A stretch of 64,000 nt of DNA, from contig JAWBTQ010000004.1 in assembly GCA_038841535.1 (NCBI GenBank), positions 38,271 through 102,270 of the forward strand. The letters run 5' to 3'. The position numbers and the translations under genes were made by a program. The notes beneath the pieces were generated by a model, which saw only the letters and a program-made list of their open reading frames with translations, did not search any database and was not told the DNA's origin. Below, piece by piece: positions 8,951-18,166 of this stretch (its first letter is position 1; every line of letters begins with the position of its first letter). The DNA is from Sulfolobales archaeon (GTDB lineage: Archaea > Thermoproteota > Thermoprotei_A > Sulfolobales > NBVN01).

Positions 8951-9897
8951 TGAGTTTAGCCGAAGCACTTGAGCCACTCAATTGCTGTCCTCACTTAGTT
9001 GTAGTAATAGGTAAGGGAGGTGTGGGTAAGACTACGTTGTCTATATTGATTGCGATGGAGCTAAATCGCCGAGGTAAAACTCTGTTGCTGAGTCTAGACC
9101 CGGCGAAACACTTAACTAAGTACCTAGGCCTCTCAGGAGAAGGTGTCGAGGAGGTTAAGAATTGCTTCCACGCTATGCAGATCTCTGTAGAGAAGGAAGT
9201 GAGTAAGTTAACATCCAAGTATGCAGGGCTTCTTCGGGAGCTTATGCCGTCTCTCGTGGTACTGAATCTAGATAACGTAGTCAGCGCCATAAAGTACACT
9301 CCAGGTGTTGAGGAGGAGATCTTACTCAGAAAGTTAGAGGAGGTGTTAAGGAGTGAGTACCACTACATCGTGGTAGATACTCCCCCTACTGGCGTCACAC
9401 TCCGAACTCTTATCTTACCCAGGCTCTACCTCACTTGGTTGAGTAAACTAATCGAGATTAGAGAGAGGATAGTCTCTCTACGTTACGTGATATCTAGGAC
9501 CTTGGGAAGAAGCGTAGATGTTCGGGATAGAGCGCTACTCAAGCTATACGATATGCGTGAAGAGTTTAAGCTTCTCGACTCGGCACTCCGCTCGGACGCT
9601 AGAACGTCATACGTTATAGTGTCTACGCCGGAACCCCTACCAATGTACGAACTCAAGGAGACCTACGAATTCCTCAGGAACAACCTAGGGGTAAGGCCTA
9701 AGCTTCTTGTGCTTAACAAAGTACTGTCAGATGACTTAGCTTCCGAGCTGGGTCAGCTGAAGATGCAACAGGACTTCCTTAACGAACTCAAGAGTTTCGG
9801 TATTAACTATGCTGTAATAGAGCACCTAAAGAAGCCTACCGAGAGCGTATCTGACCTCGAATTGCTAAAGAGAAAGATAAGGGTGTTCAAGCAGTGA
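8944..9897 (+). CDS. ArsA/Get3-family P-loop ATPase
   Basis: Deviant Walker A GKGGVGKTT, switch I LSLDPAKHL, PGVEEE motif, switch II VVDTPPTGVTLRTL; 317 aa. Confidence 0.85.
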   Translation: MVMSLAEALEPLNCCPHLVVVIGKGGVGKTTLSILIAMELNRRGKTLLLSLDPAKHLTKYLGLSGEGVEEVKNCFHAMQISVEKEVSKLTSKYAGLLRELMPSLVVLNLDNVVSAIKYTPGVEEEILLRKLEEVLRSEYHYIVVDTPPTGVTLRTLILPRLYLTWLSKLIEIRERIVSLRYVISRTLGRSVDVRDRALLKLYDMREEFKLLDSALRSDARTSYVIVSTPEPLPMYELKETYEFLRNNLGVRPKLLVLNKVLSDDLASELGQLKMQQDFLNELKSFGINYAVIEHLKKPTESVSDLELLKRKIRVFKQ

Positions 9898-10556
9898 CGG
9901 TATTGGCCGACCTTATAATCATAGCTTTTCTGTCCTTCCTCGCAGTAGCTTCAGTAACTTGGTATTTTAGGATGAGGCGGAAAACTCTGGTGCTAACCAA
10001 GAGAGTAACGGAGGAGCTAGAAAAGGTGTTTAAACCCGTAGATAAAACGTACGTTCTATTGGGCTATCTTGTTGGCTACAGAGCTAAGTACGAGCTAGAG
10101 AATGGCGATAGAGTGTACATACTATTTACTACAGCCCCTAGGCACTCGATCCTCTACTACCCTATAGCGAAAGCTCTCAAGAGAACAGATAGAATAGAGA
10201 TAGCTATAGAGAACTCTAAACGTTATGTAGCGAGAGACCTTCATGCAGTTGCTTTGAGCGACAGCAGGCTGCTTAATATTTTGCTTAGAGATCTCGGTTC
10301 GAAAAAAGAGGTGATATCTAAGCGAGCTATTGAGACGTCCAGGGGTGAGTACATGGTCTATTACGAGGACTCGGGTGACATAGAGCTTGTGAAGAGGTTT
10401 ATCGATTCGGTGGAGTTGAATATATACAGATTATCAGCTTTTACTAGAAATAACTTAGTTGAACTAGTTGCTGAGATACGGGAAGACTCTGTCCAGAGTT
10501 TGGTTAGAGCACTAAGAGAGCTGAATAGATACGTAACTAAGAGTAGCAGTCAGTAA
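9894..10556 (+). CDS. Hypothetical membrane-anchored protein (single N-terminal TM helix)
   Basis: Start overlaps the ArsA-like stop (ATGA-type junction). N-terminus LADLIIIAFLSFLAVASVTWYF followed by RMRRK; the remainder is soluble. Confidence 0.5.
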   Translation: MTVLADLIIIAFLSFLAVASVTWYFRMRRKTLVLTKRVTEELEKVFKPVDKTYVLLGYLVGYRAKYELENGDRVYILFTTAPRHSILYYPIAKALKRTDRIEIAIENSKRYVARDLHAVALSDSRLLNILLRDLGSKKEVISKRAIETSRGEYMVYYEDSGDIELVKRFIDSVELNIYRLSAFTRNNLVELVAEIREDSVQSLVRALRELNRYVTKSSSQ

Positions 10557-10580
10557 GAGCAGGTAGATCCAGCTTCTCAA

Positions 10581-10910
10581 CTAAAACGGTGCCCCTATCC
10601 CAAGAGAGTTTGTGACCTCCCGAATACCCATCTTAAGAGCTACTACATCTAGCTCTAGCTTCATAAAGTAGCATCTTTGCTCTAAGACTTCTCTACCGTC
10701 TATATACACCACGATCACTACCTCTTCTAAATCCCTACTAACTCTATATGACCCGTATGCTATAGCCTCCTTTGAGGTATCTTCTAAAGCTCTAAGAACT
10801 CTGATTACGTAGTCGTTTAACTTCTCATTATTACCTAAATAGGCAACGACAGCTATTCTACTGCTGTAAACGAGCTTTCTCACGTCCTCTACGTCACTTA
10901 GTAGTCTCAT
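10581..10910 (-). CDS. Hypothetical protein, thioredoxin-fold-like without a CxxC motif
   Basis: 109-aa ORF that overlaps the upstream 283-aa gene by 17 nt. The fold assignment is only an impression from the beta-alpha-beta pattern. Confidence 0.45.
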   Translation of the reverse strand: MRLLSDVEDVRKLVYSSRIAVVAYLGNNEKLNDYVIRVLRALEDTSKEAIAYGSYRVSRDLEEVVIVVYIDGREVLEQRCYFMKLELDVVALKMGIREVTNSLGIGAPF

Positions 10911-11745
10911 TTGAGCACCTCGACTGATATATTTTCTTTACCATCTCTTTCTCGGATTTATTCAAGAATACTTCTATGTCTACTGGGAGGCGGTTACCCG
11001 ACGGAAGCTTTATCTCTAGGTCGTTCATTAAGACGTAATCGTACTTTAACATTTTCCCGAGCTCCGAGCAGTCCAACGAGAGCAGTACCTCCATGAGCCT
11101 GTTGCAAAAGTTTGTAGATACCTTAACTTCCTTTTCTGACACTGTGGCACCACAGATTAAACACACTAAGTCGGGCATCAATGAGTTAAAACCGCACCTA
11201 GGGCAAGCAACTGGAAGCACCGGGGTTCTGGTTTTAGACCAGGCAACTCCCCATTTGTACCTCAGTGAGTCCAATAAGTCGCTTCTACCCAACCTAACGA
11301 TCCAGTGGTAGATTTTAGGAGCTAGCTCGAGTATAGGATCTCCAACATATGCGACAATAAACTCTAGCTGATCTGCCGACGGATTCTCGAGGAGATTTGT
11401 AAGTCTAGCTACTATAACTGGAAAAACTTTGTCTGAGTTTCTAGTCAGTCTTTTTGCTATGTCTTCAGCAGACTTATAGCTACTAGTCGATCCGTAGAGC
11501 TCTACTAGTATGTCTTTCAGTACCTCGACCCATAATTCTCTATTGATGCCAAGGTAATCTAAGCCAGCTCTAGACACAACTTCATCGATGTTTTTCTCAA
11601 TCCATGACTCGAGATCCACTTCTCTTTTACTTGAAGGCTTCTTACGGAGCTCCTCTTTCTTTTCTTCGACCTGCTTCTTTGGTTTCTCTCGGCTCTGCTT
11701 AGCCGGCTCTTCCTCGTCAGCAGACCTCTTGCTTTTCCTCGCCAC
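10894..11745 (-). CDS. Hypothetical protein with Lys/Glu-rich disordered N-terminus and a zinc ribbon
   Basis: N-terminal KSKRSADEEEPAKQSREKPKKQVEEKKEELRKK; four-Cys ribbon CPRCGFNSLMPDLVCLICG. Confidence 0.55.
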   Translation of the reverse strand: MARKSKRSADEEEPAKQSREKPKKQVEEKKEELRKKPSSKREVDLESWIEKNIDEVVSRAGLDYLGINRELWVEVLKDILVELYGSTSSYKSAEDIAKRLTRNSDKVFPVIVARLTNLLENPSADQLEFIVAYVGDPILELAPKIYHWIVRLGRSDLLDSLRYKWGVAWSKTRTPVLPVACPRCGFNSLMPDLVCLICGATVSEKEVKVSTNFCNRLMEVLLSLDCSELGKMLKYDYVLMNDLEIKLPSGNRLPVDIEVFLNKSEKEMVKKIYQSRCSNETTK

Positions 11746-12144
11746 AATCCTCCCATAAGCTTATTGCTCCGGGGAATAATAAACTACGTCAAATCACGCG
11801 CAGTATACACCTTTCAAATGCATCACGATTTCCTCACATAGAAGTTGAGTTATGGATTGCTCAGAGGAGGTTCATTCACTCATCAATCGTCTCGGCAACG
11901 CTCATCATCAAGCGTCAAGACTTATACGTTTTAGTAAATAAAAATAGGCACTTCACGTTAAAACTAAACCTTCTTCAAGAGCGTAGTTTAACGCATAGAT
12001 TCCGGTACGGGTCTTCTATCGTCTTTTAAGGTACGATATTCAATCATTCACTGACGTAGAGCAAGTCCGACTACACGAATATGAACGATAGCAGGAGCTC
12101 TGGGGAACCATCCGTGTGTAAAATCGGTAAGAGCGCTAGAAAAT

Positions 12145-13995
12145 CTACTTCGGGAGGTAGTTTAGTGTAGGCCTCTTACTTAAATACAGGGGAGTTGCTT
12201 GAGGTATCTGGGGATAAGAGCCGACATCTTTCTTGATGACTTCGACTAGTTCTTCTAACTTCATAGCTTTCTGCGTCCCTCCCTCTCTGATTCTCACATT
12301 AACTGTTTTTGTACTGTATTCTCTCTCACCAACTACTACACAGTATGGAATCCACTCTACTCCAGCTTCTCTTATTTTCTTTGCGAGACTGAGATCTCTA
12401 TCGTCTAGGTCTGCTCTTATTCCGCAACCTACAAGGTAGTTTAATACATCCCTTGCGTAATCCAAGTACTTCTGGGATACAGGGATTATTCTCGCTTGGA
12501 TGGGAGCTAACCAGGTAGGAATTATTGGGACTTGCCCACGCTTCTTTCTGAATATAGCCGTATCTATAACGGCGTAGATGTATCTCTCAATAGAGCCTAT
12601 AATAGCCGTGTGAATTATTATTGGGTAGCTCTCCTCTCCGTTTTCGTTAACGTACTTAATGCCGAACCTCTTGGCGTTACCTACGTCGATCTGGAAAGTA
12701 GCGATCTCGGCGGGCTTACCCAAAGTGTCTATGATGATGTACTCAACATTTACAACCCAATAATACATGCCTGAGGGTAGTATGGCTACTAGGGCAGCTC
12801 TACCATCACCCCTAACGAGCTTAACTAAGTCATCAAAGTGTTCTCTATAGAAATCCTCCGTCACGTTATAGAGAGCGACATACCTACGTCCGAGCCTCCC
12901 CATCTCTTCGTGTATCTTTCTTTGAACTAGCTCACTAAGTTCTAAGGCTTCCTGAATATCTTTCGCGAATATGTGGAGATCAGGCATTGAGAATTTTCTC
13001 AACCTAAAGCATATCTGTAGTTCACCTGGTTGTTCGTATCTATAGCTATCAGCTACTTCGAAGACGCCGAAAGGCATATCTCTATAGCTGATTATCCAGT
13101 CCTTAACCATTGCGAACTGTTGGTGGCAGGCAGCATATCTGAGTACGTGAGTACCTCTGTCAGTTTCAACTTCGTACAGCCTATCTCCAAAGAGCTCGGC
13201 GTGTTCCTTTATCGGCTTGAACCTAGTGTTGAACATGTTAGTGCCTCTAACCCTCATCAAGGGTATGCCGAGAGACTTCGCAACTTCCCAAGCATAATTC
13301 GAAACAGCTTCTACCATGACCGTAGCGTGCGGCCCATACCTCATGTGACCGGCATCGGACATAGGTTCCCACTCGAATCCAAACCTATTGCAGGCCTCAG
13401 AAACCTCAGGCTCACCCCCGGGAAGCTCCTTCTTGAAGACCTCCTTCGATATGAGGATCTTAAGTTCCTGATCTTCTCCATTACTTAGGTAACTCCCAGG
13501 ATCGACTACTTCACCGGTAGGCAGTAAAACAACGTACCTTTTCTCGACAGTCTTAGCCTTTCTAACTTCTTCAGCTTTAAACTCTCGTGAGAGCTCTGAC
13601 AGTGGATGTCCAAAGCACTCGAGTTTAAATTCTTTGTACCAGCCGAAAGGAGCTCTATAAACTTTAATACCTCTGCTCCCTAACTCCGCCTCCAGCTCGG
13701 AGAGCAGCAGTAGGGATTCCTCAGGATCTGCCAGATTCTTGGATAGGTGGGCGTACGGATAGAGAACGACTGTGTCAGCCCTAACGCTAGTGAAGACCTT
13801 AACTACATCATCAGCCGCACTTCTTACTAGAGCGTGAAGAGCAGAGCCATCACCTCTCTCAACTGTAATAAAAACTACTAAGGCATTAGAGAACTTTCCA
13901 GAAGAGTTCTCAGTTGTTAGGGGTTCCGCAGTATCTATAGCTTTCTCTAAGGCATTGTACTCAAAGTTCCTAGCGTGTATGAGTAGAGTTCTCAT
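12145..13995 (-). CDS. thrS: Threonyl-tRNA synthetase, archaeal type with N-terminal editing domain
   Basis: 616 aa. The N-terminus MRTLLIHARNFEYN is typical of the archaeal DTD-like editing domain, followed by a class II core and a C-terminal anticodon-binding domain (PIQARIIPV...DDRDLSLAKKIREA). Confidence 0.95.
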   Translation of the reverse strand: MRTLLIHARNFEYNALEKAIDTAEPLTTENSSGKFSNALVVFITVERGDGSALHALVRSAADDVVKVFTSVRADTVVLYPYAHLSKNLADPEESLLLLSELEAELGSRGIKVYRAPFGWYKEFKLECFGHPLSELSREFKAEEVRKAKTVEKRYVVLLPTGEVVDPGSYLSNGEDQELKILISKEVFKKELPGGEPEVSEACNRFGFEWEPMSDAGHMRYGPHATVMVEAVSNYAWEVAKSLGIPLMRVRGTNMFNTRFKPIKEHAELFGDRLYEVETDRGTHVLRYAACHQQFAMVKDWIISYRDMPFGVFEVADSYRYEQPGELQICFRLRKFSMPDLHIFAKDIQEALELSELVQRKIHEEMGRLGRRYVALYNVTEDFYREHFDDLVKLVRGDGRAALVAILPSGMYYWVVNVEYIIIDTLGKPAEIATFQIDVGNAKRFGIKYVNENGEESYPIIIHTAIIGSIERYIYAVIDTAIFRKKRGQVPIIPTWLAPIQARIIPVSQKYLDYARDVLNYLVGCGIRADLDDRDLSLAKKIREAGVEWIPYCVVVGEREYSTKTVNVRIREGGTQKAMKLEELVEVIKKDVGSYPQIPQATPLYLSKRPTLNYLPK

Positions 13996-14305
13996 GCTTG
14001 CCCGTAGAGAAAACTAAAACGATAAAATAAGGCTCTAATATAGCTCAAACCCCAGTTTATACTCTGGGTTGTTCCAAGTCAGCCTAGAGGTGCTTATCAC
14101 TCCTTCAGGTAGTTCTCCTATGGGAACTATAAGTCCCTGAAACCTAGGTTTGCTAATGGGTCACTAAACTGAATATTAAGATAGCTCGAAGGGGTTAATT
14201 TCATCGAGCTAGTAGGTAGCACCTCAGATTAAAGTACTTTAGAGTCGTTGAGAACTAAAGAAATCTCTAAACCGAAATACGCGGGCAACTTATAGTCCGC
14301 ACTAA

Positions 14306-15541
14306 CTAAGTTCTTGAAATCACCATTTTCTCTGGGTCCAGCAGCTTAGTACTCAATAGGATTAGTACTATAGAGAACGCTAAAGAATAAGTTAAATACG
14401 CAACTGCTCTTAAAAGCTCTCCGAGCGATGTCCTGATGACCGCAGACGCTAGTGAGGCGTAAGGTATGGCTAGTAATATAGACATCGGCACTCTGAACTC
14501 GTCTAGGTTAACAAATAAAGAGGCTAGATATGTTACTGAAGCTATCCCTATTACTGATGCGGATGAGATGCTTGCTGCCCTTATGGATGGAGACCTGAGG
14601 ACTATAGGGAGGGATATAGAGAGAGACACAAGTATCGAGGTGTAGGAGGAACAGAAGAGCACTACTAGAACCTCTGGAGAGATATATTTAGCTACATTGG
14701 TTGAGTATACTACAGTTGGTGCTAAGTAAAGTAGTACAGCACCTACTACACTACTAACACCTCCGACTAAGCCGACTAAACTAGCAGCGAGAGACTTTCC
14801 TAGGATGAAAGATCTTCTGCTAATGGGTGTCGAGAGAAGCTTCTCAAGAGTTTTTCTCTCTTTTTCTCCAACTAGCGAGTCAGCTATATAGGACGCCGCT
14901 GGTGTTGTTACAAACGCTAGACTAACCGCCAGCATTCTACTCAAATAGAGGCGGAGCTCCTCCCCAGCTTCGGCAGGTCTTCCGGCAGGTGTTAGCACAA
15001 CAGTCCTTAGAGCTATAGGGTTAAGAACGGCTTCTGTTTTTACAACTAAATTAGCTAGCCTCCCAAGGTTATAAATCTTAGCTTCCGAAACCGCTCTTGA
15101 GATGTGATTAAGCAACAGCTCTACGTAGGTAACAGCTTGATCGACCCTGGGCGAGCCAAGTCTTTTAACTAAAATTACGGATGCTTGGTGTTCGTAGCTA
15201 GTTAAGTTTGCTACAAAGCCCACCGGAATCTTGAGGATTACTTGGGCTACCTCGGTTTCCTCACTTGTAGTAAGAAAACCAAAGTGCGTTAGATAATCTC
15301 GCAAGAAGAGCGCTATGGATTGTGAGCTTACACTAAAGTTACCTATAGACGCCTCAGATAGGTCTTCGTCTATTACGGCTATGACTACTTCCTGAACTGC
15401 TGGTAGATAAACGAGTACAACACCCATAAACGGGAGGGTCACGATAGGTGTTAAAATGACCATTAGCAAGGTCTTTTTATCCCTAAGCATCTCCTTAACT
15501 TCTTTCCAGAGGACTATGCTGAGGTCACGCATTTTCGCCAC
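14306..15541 (-). CDS. ABC-2 type transporter permease (NatB-like, large extracytoplasmic loop)
   Basis: An N-terminal TM helix, a soluble loop of about 170 aa, then 5 TM helices. It overlaps the upstream ATPase gene by 17 nt. Confidence 0.8.
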   Translation of the reverse strand: MAKMRDLSIVLWKEVKEMLRDKKTLLMVILTPIVTLPFMGVVLVYLPAVQEVVIAVIDEDLSEASIGNFSVSSQSIALFLRDYLTHFGFLTTSEETEVAQVILKIPVGFVANLTSYEHQASVILVKRLGSPRVDQAVTYVELLLNHISRAVSEAKIYNLGRLANLVVKTEAVLNPIALRTVVLTPAGRPAEAGEELRLYLSRMLAVSLAFVTTPAASYIADSLVGEKERKTLEKLLSTPISRRSFILGKSLAASLVGLVGGVSSVVGAVLLYLAPTVVYSTNVAKYISPEVLVVLFCSSYTSILVSLSISLPIVLRSPSIRAASISSASVIGIASVTYLASLFVNLDEFRVPMSILLAIPYASLASAVIRTSLGELLRAVAYLTYSLAFSIVLILLSTKLLDPEKMVISRT

Positions 15542-16286
15542 CGGCTAATTTAACGAATGCTTCTTCAAGATCTCCCGCTCCCGCATCGGCTAATATCTGC
15601 TCTATACTACCAACAGCAACGATTCTTCCGGAATGAATTAAGGCTACTCTATCACATAGCTTACTTACTTCAAACATGTTATGAGAAGAGAAGATTATGG
15701 TAGTACCAAACTCTTTGGCAAACTGCTTTATTATCTCTCTAACGTATCTTGCCGAAACCACATCTAAGCCTACCGTTGGTTCGTCAAGTATAGCTAGGCG
15801 CGGTTTAACCATTAAGGTTGATGCTACAGCAACTCTTCTAGACATTCCCTTGCTATAGGTCTCAGCTTTTCTCTTTAAGTCTTGTTCGGAGATGCCGGCA
15901 ATGGACACACCTAATCTCACGATTTCATCGATGTTTTTCGAGCCGAAGTATGTCATCGCGAATAGCTTCATGTTCTCAGATCCAGTAAGCCTTCCGTAGA
16001 GATTTGCCTCCTCCGGAAGGTAACTTACGAACCTTCTGATTTTATCCACATCCTTTGGTACTCTAAATCCAAAGACTTCGACCTCTCCAGCAGAAGGTTT
16101 TAACAGTCCTGCCACGATCCTGAGAAGGGTGGTCTTACCGGCACCGTTTGGACCAACGATGCCGAAGACCTCTCCTTCAGTTACCTCGAGGTTTATTCCA
16201 CGTAAGACCTCTCTTTTCCCAAATGACTTACGTAAGTTTAAAACTCTAACTACCACCGAGTTACTGAGTCTCAACAAGCTTCTCAC
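15525..16286 (-). CDS. ABC transporter ATP-binding protein
   Basis: Walker A GPNGAGKTT, signature YSKGMSRRV (LSGGQ-like), Walker B LAILDEPTVGLD, H-loop SSHNM. Confidence 0.9.
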   Translation of the reverse strand: MRSLLRLSNSVVVRVLNLRKSFGKREVLRGINLEVTEGEVFGIVGPNGAGKTTLLRIVAGLLKPSAGEVEVFGFRVPKDVDKIRRFVSYLPEEANLYGRLTGSENMKLFAMTYFGSKNIDEIVRLGVSIAGISEQDLKRKAETYSKGMSRRVAVASTLMVKPRLAILDEPTVGLDVVSARYVREIIKQFAKEFGTTIIFSSHNMFEVSKLCDRVALIHSGRIVAVGSIEQILADAGAGDLEEAFVKLAGGENA

Positions 16287-16518
16287 CCACTTTAATGACT
16301 TCTAGCGATAGGTAGGCTAACCTAATCAGGGAATTAAGTGTTGCCCTAAGTGCGGATTCATCTTCAGCGTCGATGATGATGGTGAGACAGCTTCCGAGCA
16401 GTTTTAGATAAACCTTAACATTCCTAAGAGTAATCTTGCTCTCAGGAATTAAAGCCCTCCAAATAGCTGTCGCCACATCCTCGGAACCAAGCTCGAGGTT
16501 TATCTCTGCTCTATGCAC
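16261..16518 (-). CDS. pcc1: KEOPS complex subunit Pcc1
   Basis: 85 aa. The pattern SEDVA...L.I.I.A.DESALRATLNSLIRL matches archaeal Pcc1 as I remember it from Pyrococcus (SEDVAK...ATDSSALRGTVNSYLRW). Confidence 0.75.
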   Translation of the reverse strand: MHRAEINLELGSEDVATAIWRALIPESKITLRNVKVYLKLLGSCLTIIIDAEDESALRATLNSLIRLAYLSLEVIKVGEKLVETQ

Positions 16519-16652
16519 TCACCACACACCAGAGAATAATTAGCGGAGAACTTATCAAGGCACGCTTTTGGTTTCTTCCGAGAAAGGCTTAAACGCAAAA
16601 GCCTAAAGCAACTGTTTTGGGTTTTGTGTTATTTTATGTTGCTTGGTAGTTG

Positions 16653-16770
16653 CGTGGAGGTTACTCGATGGGAGATGAGAGCCTCGTAGATGGGGTAAGG
16701 ATTCTCCCCGCGGGTAAACCGAGATTTGGAGGTCTCGGGCATCCCGAGCGCATATCAAAGTTGAACCTCC
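16653..16770 (+). repeat. Intergenic repeat element, copy C (diverged / internally rearranged)
   Basis: Same length class (about 118 nt) and same termini (GTGGAGGT...TGAACCTCC) as copy B. It shares internal blocks (TTGGAGGTCTCGGGCATCCCGAG, GGAGATGAGAGCC), but in a different order. Confidence 0.5.
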
Positions 16771-16805
16771 TACTGAGAGCGGGCAGCGCATCGCTCAAGA
16801 GCGAG

Positions 16806-17264
16806 CTACTTAGTTTCGCTTAATATTTTTTTAACGGCTCTCAGGATGTTTATATATCCTGTACACCTACATATATTCCCGATTAAAGCTCTCTTAACAT
16901 CCTCTATGTTTCTTATCCCTTTGGTGATAGCGGCATATATTGTAGTGAGAAAGCCGGGAGTACAATAACCGCACTGAATAGCTCCTTCCTCAAGCATGGC
17001 GTCTATGATTATCTTGCCTACATGTGTTTGAGCTATATAGTCTGGTGTGACGACCTCGTAACCGTCAACTTTGGCAGCTAATACCAAGCAGGAAGTTACT
17101 GGTTTACCGTTCAAGAGTACGGTACATGAACCGCACTCACCAACGCCACAACCATACTTTACGCTCTTTACCTTCAGCTTGTCCCTTAAGACATTTAAAA
17201 GAGTCTCGTGAGGCTCTACTTCTACTTCAGTGACTACCCCGTTTAGTCTAAACTTGATCTTCAT
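16806..17264 (-). CDS. Molybdenum hydroxylase small subunit, 2x[2Fe-2S] (CoxS/XdhC-small type)
   Basis: GCGVGECGSCTV (plant-type 2Fe-2S) and QCGYCTPG...CRCTGY (second 2Fe-2S). Confidence 0.9.
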   Translation of the reverse strand: MKIKFRLNGVVTEVEVEPHETLLNVLRDKLKVKSVKYGCGVGECGSCTVLLNGKPVTSCLVLAAKVDGYEVVTPDYIAQTHVGKIIIDAMLEEGAIQCGYCTPGFLTTIYAAITKGIRNIEDVKRALIGNICRCTGYINILRAVKKILSETK

Positions 17265-18166
17265 TATTTGTCACCTGCTTGGAGGAATCTCTCATAGGCT
17301 TTCCATATAGCGTCTCTAACAAGGATTTTCGCTACACGGGACCTGTACCAAGCAGTTGACCTAACGTCGTCTATCGGAGCTATCTCGCTTACTACGAGCT
17401 CAGAGGCTCGGACGGTAGCTTTCTCCAAGCTCAAACCGGTAATAGACTTCTCCGTATTCCTCGCCCTTACTGGTGTGGGAGCTACAGAACCAAGAGCTAT
17501 CCTTACTTCAGATACGATGCCGTCCTCAGCTCTAAGGAGGACGGCGACACTAACTTTAGCTAAATCGAAAGATGTTCTTCCAATTTTGGCATAACTCCAG
17601 CCAAACTTTTGCTGACTTAGAGGTACTTTTATCGAGCGAAGTATTTCTCTGCGTTCGAGAACAGTCTTTTTTGGTCCAGTAAAGAACTTCTCTATTGAAA
17701 CCATTCTGGGACCGTTGAGTGATGCTAACTCAAGTTCAGCATCGTATGTAAGTAGAGGAGGTACCGAGTCAGCAGCAGGGGATGCGTTGCATATGTTTCC
17801 ACCTATGGTAGCGAGGTTTCTAATCTGCCAGGACCCGATCGATTCTACTGCTTCAACTAGTAGAGGCAGAGATTTCTTAACGATCTCGCTCTCCACTAAT
17901 TCCTGCATAGTTACCGCACTACCAATCTCGATGTAGTTACTGTCTGTTCTAATAAACCTCAGCTCACTAAGCTCCGATACATCAATCAATGCCTTTGGCA
18001 CTACTCTTCTATACTTTAAGTCTACTACGAGGTCCGTACCACCAGCCACTATCTTAGCGTCCTCGATACTGTTGAGAAGCTCGAGGGCTTCACGAAGATC
18101 TCTGGGCTTGTAGTATTCAAACTTTTGTGGAATCCTATAAGTGTTCACTGAGTTTATTGCGAGCAT
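17264..18166 (-). CDS. Molybdenum hydroxylase medium subunit, FAD-binding (CoxM/XdhB type)
   Basis: The FAD-binding PCMH-type pattern (AGGTDL, ATIGGN) and the CO-dehydrogenase flavoprotein C-terminal domain. Abuts both neighbours. Confidence 0.9.
   Translation of the reverse strand: MLAINSVNTYRIPQKFEYYKPRDLREALELLNSIEDAKIVAGGTDLVVDLKYRRVVPKALIDVSELSELRFIRTDSNYIEIGSAVTMQELVESEIVKKSLPLLVEAVESIGSWQIRNLATIGGNICNASPAADSVPPLLTYDAELELASLNGPRMVSIEKFFTGPKKTVLERREILRSIKVPLSQQKFGWSYAKIGRTSFDLAKVSVAVLLRAEDGIVSEVRIALGSVAPTPVRARNTEKSITGLSLEKATVRASELVVSEIAPIDDVRSTAWYRSRVAKILVRDAIWKAYERFLQAGDK

Noticed and set aside
11861-11908. Minus-strand C/D box sRNA candidate (ATGATGA ... TTGATGA ... CTGA) in the thrS-upstream spacer.
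   Set aside because: The boxes C, C' and D are canonical, but there is no room for a D'-C' loop (16 nt between C and C') and the D guide would be 15 nt. The spacing does not fit the archaeal 12-nt rule, so I did not call it a feature.
13030-13488. 152-aa ORF antisense to thrS, plus 12233-12439 and 12532-12774.
   Set aside because: They are shadow ORFs within the ThrRS gene, with no recognisable domain.
16603-16791. 62-aa ORF on the minus strand between pcc1 and the 2Fe-2S subunit gene.
   Set aside because: It coincides with repeat copy C. The sequence is Arg/Ser/His-rich and is better explained as non-coding repeat DNA plus the promoter of pcc1.
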